The notes under the pieces: generated by a model | The model's database searches: none | The model's input: only the letters and a program-made list of their open reading frames with translations | What the model was told of the DNA's origin: nothing | Made by a program: the position numbers and the translations under genes | NCBI GenBank assembly: GCA_002269645.1 | Contig: NIVC01004643.1 | Coordinates: 1-39,728 of the forward strand | Direction: 5' to 3' | DNA length: 39,728 nt | From: Macrostomum lignano | Taxonomy: Eukaryota | Part shown: positions 22,559-39,728 of the stretch, piece by piece | Numbering within the stretch: the first letter of the stretch is position 1 | Layout of the letters: every line of letters starts with the position of its first letter

Positions 22559-23058
22559 TATTTTGACACAATTATGTAAAATGTTGAGTCTCAACATTCA
22601 TACTAAATGGTGCTGTGCACTTGTTTGCTCCATATAAAGCAATTGACATAAAACTTGACACAATTTTTCATTGATTTATTTTCTATCTAAATGTGGTGTA
22701 TCACACACTGAGATGCACTATAGTTTATATAAGTTCAAGTTCGTTATTCAATGCCATTTGTTTGCACTAATCGCCTCTAAGCATTCTATTGCTACAGTTT
22801 CTTCTATGGTAATTAACCCAGCCCAAAGTTTCTAGAGCTCACCCTTGTGATCTCTTTCAAATAAGAAATATAAAGAATCTTAAGCTCATGGGTTAAATAC
22901 TTCAGCCGGAGTTCAATTCACAACACTAAATAACCTTCCCCCTTTAAGTCTCAACTCAATACCTTAATTAGGACAGAAACTATATTATAAGCATATGAAT
23001 TTTTTTGTTGTTTTCTGCTATTTATACCACTTAGGCCTACTCACTTTGGCAATATACA

Positions 23059-23357
23059 CATACATGCGCAACAGTTGGCCAAGTCAGCCGATCCGGCCAA
23101 CCGATTTGGCAGCCAATCAAGGAAGTCGCAAAAATGCCCACCTGAAAAAATACAAAAGTAGTATTACTAAGTAGCTGACGAGGCATTTTGACCTAAAAGG
23201 ACAGGCATAGTTACTCCTGCCGTTTACTCAATGTTGCGTTAATTTTGCTTTATGGTTTTTATTACATATAAGTTGCATTTTTGGCCAAAAACTACGTCGC
23301 ATTTTTGTTAAAACTAAGTCGCATGGCCGACCGAATTTTGGAGGTTGCGCATGTATG
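23059..23357. mobile_element. 299-bp hAT-like MITE
   Basis: Perfect 14-bp TIRs CATACATGCGCAAC / GTTGCGCATGTATG. Exact 8-bp TSD AATATACA (23051-58, 23358-65). Subterminal gtcgca repeats. Confidence 0.88.
23166..23227 (-). other. Second degenerate 28S rRNA-derived fragment (R2/I-PpoI region), inside the hAT MITE
   Basis: Minus strand GTAAACGGCAGGAGTAACTATG[CCTGTCCTTTTAGGTCA]AAATGCCTCGTCAGCTACTTAGT versus 28S GTAAACGGCGGGAGTAACTATG[ACTCTCTTAAGGTAGCC]AAATGCCTCGTCATCTAATTAGT. Flanks match 21/22 and 21/23 against the recalled reference. Confidence 0.8.
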
Positions 23358-23589
23358 AATATACAAGTTGGGTTGTTTAAGAATTGAAAATTTATTTATT
23401 AGGCCTACATTGGCTCTGAATTTTAATATGACCTATTTATAAAATTTTTATGCTAGAAATCAATACTAGATAATTCACAAAAAAAACTTTTTTACTGAAA
23501 GTCAATTCACCAAATACCTTTTTGCCAAAAACCTAATTGGGAAACTGATATCCACCAATTCAAACAGTGCTCTTGGCAATCTTTCAAGT

Positions 23590-23760
23590 CCTCCATTCCA
23601 TCCAATATACTAAAAATGAGTTGTCTGTGGGTATGCGATAGATTTCAGAAAAAAATGGCTCAACCGATTTTTTTCAAACTTGCACCATTCAATCAGAAAT
23701 TTTCCTGGGACGGTACATACACCTTGGCTAAGAAATTGCTCAATGTTAAAGAGATTAAAT
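23590..23760 (+). mobile_element. Possible 5' end of a non-autonomous Helitron-like element
   Basis: tccatccaatatactaa...tgtctgt...aaaatggctcaaccgattttt..aaactt resembles 5' ends of invertebrate non-autonomous Helitrons. No 3' hairpin/CTAG end identified. Confidence 0.25.
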
Positions 23761-25322
23761 ATTCAAAAAACATGCTTTTTTGCAAAGGTCAAGTTAATTT
23801 TTTGACTTGAAATGCATTGGAAGAATGCTAGAAAAAACACTGACTGACTGAAATTTGATTCTGATAAAGATTGCATCACAACAAGTTGAAAACAGTGTCA
23901 AAGAAATGCGCACAAGACTTGAATAAAATTGCGTAACTGTATTGCTAACTTAAACTGAGACTCCTCTCTACCCTATCTCCCAACCTTCTCTTCCCTACCC
24001 TCTTTTCCTCTTCACTCTCTCCGCTACCTTCTCCCCCCTCTACCCTCTTTCTCTTCCATTTTAAGAGTGAATACACACTAAGTTGATGGAATGCAGAATA
24101 TAGGGCATAAACTTACCACTCAAACACAGTTGATGGAACCAATGTTTGCACTTATCACAATTTAATGCAGGCTCCTTGTCAGTTACTGCTCTGACACACG
24201 CTGGACAGACATCTTCTTTGACTTCCATCAGACAATTAGTTAAGGAGCTGGTATGCTTTAGCTAGCTAGTTGCTTTTTAGATGCAGGGAAGATATTAAGT
24301 TGATATTCTTGAGTGTTAAAGAGTAAATATATAGTGTGCAGACCGGAAGCTATATGGATCTTGCTTTCAATTGCTTCTGTACAAGTATGGATATAGGACG
24401 CATGCTGTGTTGCTGAATGAACAAATAAGTGTTATCTAAATATACTACCAGTAAATCTCTTCATTTACTAAATGTAGAAGACCAAGTTTTGTTTGACTTT
24501 ACACTTATACACATGTGTTTATGTTGCCATGGTCACGAGCCACGACTATAAGTTTGCAGTACACGCACAGGACAGTTGTCAATAAGCGCCAAAATTAATT
24601 ACAAGATAAATTTCAAGCCAACTCACCTATAATCTATACTCTGAGGTGCACATATAGTAGCGGATCTAGAATTTCATTTGGGGGCCGAAGGGGAGGGGCA
24701 TCAATCCAAGTTTTGGGTGCCAACATGAGTATGAAGGGTGCCAAAATGCGTAGGAGGCAAAAAATCTAGTTTAAAGGGTGCAAACTTAGGTTTTTGGGGC
24801 TCAATAAGTTCTATCAAGCTCTATCCGCGGGTCCGCCCCTATTGGCGCCCTTTGTCTTAATAGTCCTTAAATTAGCACATAACATATGTATAGTCATAAG
24901 CTATGCTATAGGTATACAGTTGTTTTCTAAACTTGTTCAATGGCTTTTAAGATGTACATTTACATCTATAATACATGTACATGTAGATGTAGTACAAAAA
25001 ATCTAATAATCAATTGTCGTTGACTTGGGTTGAAAAATTTAAATATGGATAAAATTAAGTGCACACTATAAATGTTATGCCTCGAATGCACTCAAACAAA
25101 ATGATAATTGCAGATAGCATATAAACCTTTATTACTTTAATAAGAGTTTATATTAATAGCTATATATTTTAATATTTAACAACAAAAAATAGGCAAATCA
25201 AGTCTAAAAAGCTTGTCACTGAATTGACCACTGGTGTCACCGAAATGTGCCAAGTTGTCACCGAAGTTGTTGTCACCATAATGTCTTGTCACCGAATTGA
25301 CCTGGGACCAGCTCTAGCACCG

Positions 25323-25738
25323 AAACCAGTTAAGATTCAGTAGTATACTCCAAACCAGGACTTTGATGTCTGGATCCAAGCTCTTAAGGAGCATTGTGAA
25401 CTCAATGGGATTGCAGATGACAGACAAAAGAAAGCAGAATTCCACGTAAATTTGGACATTGCCATAATGTATACTACAATTATTAGAATGGAACTGCTAA
25501 ACAATCTAACATTTGGCAAATTCAAGTAGAGGTTGTCCGAGCACTTTACACACATGGCTGACATACTGGAGTATCATGAACAATACCAATGCTGCCAGCC
25601 AGCAAGGCAAGAATAAGTGTTGACAATTATGGCAACCAAATAATTGCTTTGGCCAATAGAGCATTTTTGCATTTCATCCTAGTTCAGAAGAAGGTTAAGC
25701 TGGTCGACCAGTTCACTGTGGGAGTGCAAATTGCCTAG
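25323..25738 (+). pseudogene. Decayed Ty3/gypsy-like gag (capsid) fragment
   Basis: Manual translation: PVKIQ*YTPNQDFDVWIQALKEHCELNGIADDRQKKA...TFGKFK*RLSEHF...CQ, then after a frameshift VDNYGNQIIALANRAF...LVDQFTVG. This follows the pattern DF..W.....NGI.DD..K...L..HF...SV..Y...L..LA..AF...L.DQF..G. Contains stops; not in the ORF track. Confidence 0.5.
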
Positions 25739-27159
25739 TCAGCCAGAGAACAGTTAATCTGAATCTGACTGCAGCTAAAAGGGCCGTGCTACACCTAGAC
25801 AGCAGCTAGCTTGGCTCAACAAGTAGCACCATTGCCAGCAGCAAGACATTCTCATTTTCAGTGAAACTTTCTAGCTTTACGAGTGCCAAGATAATGAAGG
25901 CAAGAATTCAAAGTTCTAGAAACTGCCCAACCACCCCAAAATTTTCTTTTCTCTGCCCCTACCTCAGGCAGGGCTGCTAGTGGCAGATCCAGAGGGAATG
26001 GGGGCAGCTGTCCCCCTCTTTTTCCATGGCTGAACGTCTGTACCTGTAGCCATCACATCCATCACTAGCTAATAGATTATTGTATCTATTAGGGGGGATA
26101 TAGCAATTTTTGGCTTATTTAGAGCTTATTTTAGGCCAACCCAAAAAGTTAGGCCAATCTACCCAGGACTACCACCCCCCTACTTTAAAAATCCTGGATC
26201 CTAATGCAGCTCTAATGCATAAAGTATATAAATTGAGTTACTTGAATTTTTATAAGCCTAGAATTGCATAAAAACTGTTTTAAAAATGCATGTATAGGCC
26301 TACTGTATGCTTAATAGTAAAAATACTGCTTTATAGTTACACATAAAAACCTAAAAAGATAATAAGCATAGACAGTGAATTTTGAAACATAAATAATGAC
26401 CTAAAGTGGGTGTGATACTTCTTAGCGCTATTTATCACTACTGTGAGCAAGAATTAGCAAGCACCATAACACTAAATGCATATTTATTTATTATTTTGTA
26501 CAGATTCTAGTGTACGCCGCGCATTTTTATAATTTTAAACATTTTAAATGTTAAAGGTTTCTCCGGAAGGACAATCTTAACAAAAGCTATAGCTTTTTGT
26601 AAGAAAACAAATGGAATGCGGTATTATTTAAAATTAATGTGCTTTAGTTTTATGTAAAATTATAATAGTTAATATAAAAAGCGACAATACGTCCGGTACA
26701 GGAATCGCACATTCCAAAATCGGAATATTCATTGAAGTTGTCCCAGATCAACAACTAGCTGGCCTTCTGTGAGAACTCCACCCTTTCATTCCAAAATTAT
26801 TGTAGGCCTACCTTAATGTTTAAGAAGCATCCAAACTTTTTTATCAAAAGTAGTACTTTATTTTTAGCTTATGTTATGTTGCCATTTTTAAGATGCATTT
26901 TTTTACTTCAGTAAAAATTGTTTTGTATGCCTATTAGTATTAAGAATTGGTCATTACCATGGCATGGCATAGGTTTATAAAATGAATCTGCTCTTATTTA
27001 GCATAATTATAAACTTGTATCTACCTAGTCTGGAATCTTGTTTACCTTGCATATCCTTTAGCAGGCACTTGTTTTAATTCTAGTTTTTTATTGATTGACA
27101 GAAAGATTTTATAAATATAATGCTAGGAAAGTAACTTGAATAAGAACTTTAACTTTAAT

Positions 27160-27600
27160 TGCACTTGATAAACTAAGGATTATTGCGCTTGATAAGCCAA
27201 GCCTTATTGCACTAGATAAGTCAAAGATTACTGCACTTGATAAATTAAAGATTATTGTCTATACTTGATAAACCAAGAATTAGGCCATTAGGCATTATTA
27301 TTAATAAGCCAAATATTATTGCACTTAATAAGCCAAGGATTTCTGCACTTGATAAACCAAGAATTACTGCACTTGATAAGCCAAGCATTATTCTACTTGA
27401 TAAGCAAAGGATTAGTATATTTGATAAACAAAGCCAAAGGATTTTTATTGGACTTGATAAACCAAGGATTCTTGAGTTGCACTTAACAAGCTAATAATTG
27501 TTGCATTTGATAGGCCCCTTAAGCCAAGGATTATTGCACTTGATAAGTAACAGATTATTGCACTTGATAAGACAATGATTATTGCATTTTATGTATAAAG
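27160..27600. repeat. Degenerate ~24-bp minisatellite
   Basis: Recurrent ttattgcacttgataa(a/g)ccaagga with many substitutions. Confidence 0.8.
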
Positions 27601-27689
27601 GATTATTTCATTGAATGAGTAAAATATTTTGCAGTAAATAGTAAATATCATTATTGCACTAAATAATTAAGAGATGCTTAATATTGGGA

Positions 27690-28030
27690 AGAGGGGGTAC
27701 TTGCTATCTTGTGGTGTGCTATCTAGGGGGTGCTTTGTCCCCCCTAAGATAAAGCATATCTAGGGTGTGCTTTGGTAATATTTGCTATTATATTTGGGGG
27801 ATAATTGCTATTATATTTGGGCATATGTTTGCTATCTTAAAGGAGGAGGGTAGGATGCTTGCTATCTAGGTTGCTTTTTATCTGGGGGATGCTTGCTATC
27901 TGAAGGATGCTTATTATCTAGGGGATACTTGCTACTTTGGGGGAGGGATGCTTGTTATTGGAGGATACTTGCTATCTAAGAAGAGGGTACTTGCTATTGG
28001 CAAATGCTTGCTATTTGGGGAGATGCTTGT
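27690..28030. repeat. Degenerate ~19-bp minisatellite
   Basis: Recurrent gggga(t)gcttgctat(c/t)t. Confidence 0.7.
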
Positions 28031-28844
28031 GGTCTAGGAGATACATTCTATTTAGACAAATGCATGTTGATCTTTATGAAGGCTTTTTGTTATATTTTTG
28101 TTACTTTGCCAAAAAGAGATTCTTAACAGACATCTTTGTCTCTAACAATTTTACTCAAAAAGTGATTTATAAAACTGAAAAAGGAAATGGTTCTTAAAAA
28201 TATGCTTTATAATGGATTTGCATCAATAAATTTTGCTCATTGCTTGTTGCATGCCTTGAAGGAGGGCACTAGATTGCTAGTATATACTGAACCCATCAAT
28301 TTTTTAAGGCCTATTTAAAAGTTTTTTATTTAGCTTTGCTTAAGGCTTATTATAGTATATTATAATAATTTTGTAGTCTGTTTAGTTTATTAATTAATAA
28401 ACTAAGGTAAGGAGATAGATTATATTAGCTAAAGGGTTTTCTAGACATTTTGATGCTAAAGTGTATATATAATATTCATATAGGATATAGATAATTTTTT
28501 GTATGATTATATTAATATTGTAAAACATTTTTTTTGTGCATTTTATTCTTAAATCCTATAGATAACAAGATAATACTTGTATATTAATTGTTAATATATA
28601 ATATTTTCCCTTTAAGTTGTTTTATATAACCACATAAAAATATTTTATATCTATGTATTATATGAGTATCATCCCAAAAGTTCTCTGTATCATTGAATTA
28701 CTCCTACAAACTAGCACCAATTTTGAAGAAACTGCAACACAAACTTGTACCAATATTTGCACACAACATTAGATAAATTTTCATGAAAAAATCTCAATGC
28801 AATTAGAAATAACAAGCTGAGTTGTCTAATACCTTCAGAGCAAA

Positions 28845-29057
28845 TGGACAGCTCTCACATTGACTTCTTAAACTGGCACAGTGCAGCTCATGCAGCATCA
28901 CCAACTGAATAAGCAAGTGTCACAAGCAGAAGAGTGAATGAACTTGACAAGAATTCCATTATTTATTCCTGACTAACTAGCTGACTTGCATGACTGGTTG
29001 GTGATGCTGCACAAGCTGCACTGTGCCAGTTAAGAAAGTCAATATCAAAGCTGTCCA
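28845..29057. mobile_element. ~210-bp foldback/MITE-like element with ~75-bp imperfect inverted arms
   Basis: tggacagctctcacattgacttcttaaactggcacagtgcagc...catcaccaac pairs with gttggtgatg...gctgcactgtgccagttaagaaagtcaatatcaaagctgtcca. No TSD found. Confidence 0.65.
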
Positions 29058-29062
29058 CTTGG

Positions 29063-29142
29063 GAAATTGTTCCCAAGTCGGTCGAGAATCGAACCCTCGA
29101 CCTTCAAGTCAAAAGTCCGACGCTCTAACCACAAGGCTGCAG
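29063..29142 (-). mobile_element. tRNA-like head fragment of the same SINE family
   Basis: Minus strand gcagccttgtggttagagcgtcggact...ggttcgattctcga...ggaacaattt matches the heads of the 13.2-kb and 15.3-kb copies. Confidence 0.7.
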
Positions 29143-29238
29143 TCCCTAATAAGCCCCGAAATTAGAGGTAACATCTGAGCTGGCTCAAAATGCATCCCCG
29201 CAATGCTACTTTCTGTAGGCGCTGCTCACGATGACTGA

Positions 29239-39728
<10,490 letters not shown>

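Noticed and set aside
24655-26200. GCGGATC-type terminal motifs at 24655-24841 and 25978-26200
   Set aside because: TIR-like ends are too degenerate and no TSD could be found, so boundaries are unsupported.

Overview
Eukaryotic, intron-containing animal DNA. GC-rich exons are embedded in dense tandem repeats; this style and a Frizzled-4-like gene suggest a flatworm such as Macrostomum (inference). Four genes are recognisable: a two-exon Frizzled (+, 7851-9920), an intronless ERH (-, 16777-17088), a three-exon CD2BP2/U5-52K (-, 17786-20568) and a tau-tubulin kinase (+, from 29401, probably running off the window end). A probable unidentified gene start lies at 1-168 (-). All five CD2BP2 and TTBK introns carry their own unrelated minisatellite, including a ~6.3-kb 30-bp array with a ~3.14-kb higher-order duplication. 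Most long ORFs in the ORF track are read-throughs of these repeats. Mobile DNA includes a 5'-truncated LINE (RNase H plus CCHC, 6-bp TSD), three tRNA-derived CORE-type SINEs, two hAT-like MITEs with exact 8-bp TSDs, a Tc1/mariner-like MITE and a decayed gypsy-like gag. The most unexpected observations are: (1) two dispersed degenerate copies of the 28S rRNA segment that contains the R2/I-PpoI site, one 17 nt after the CD2BP2 stop and one inside a MITE, both most diverged at the cleavage core; (2) an in-frame stop in TTBK best explained by two compensating 1-nt indels; (3) a candidate CD2BP2-ERH trans-spliced operon; (4) a CD2BP2 GYF domain lacking its GYF tripeptide.
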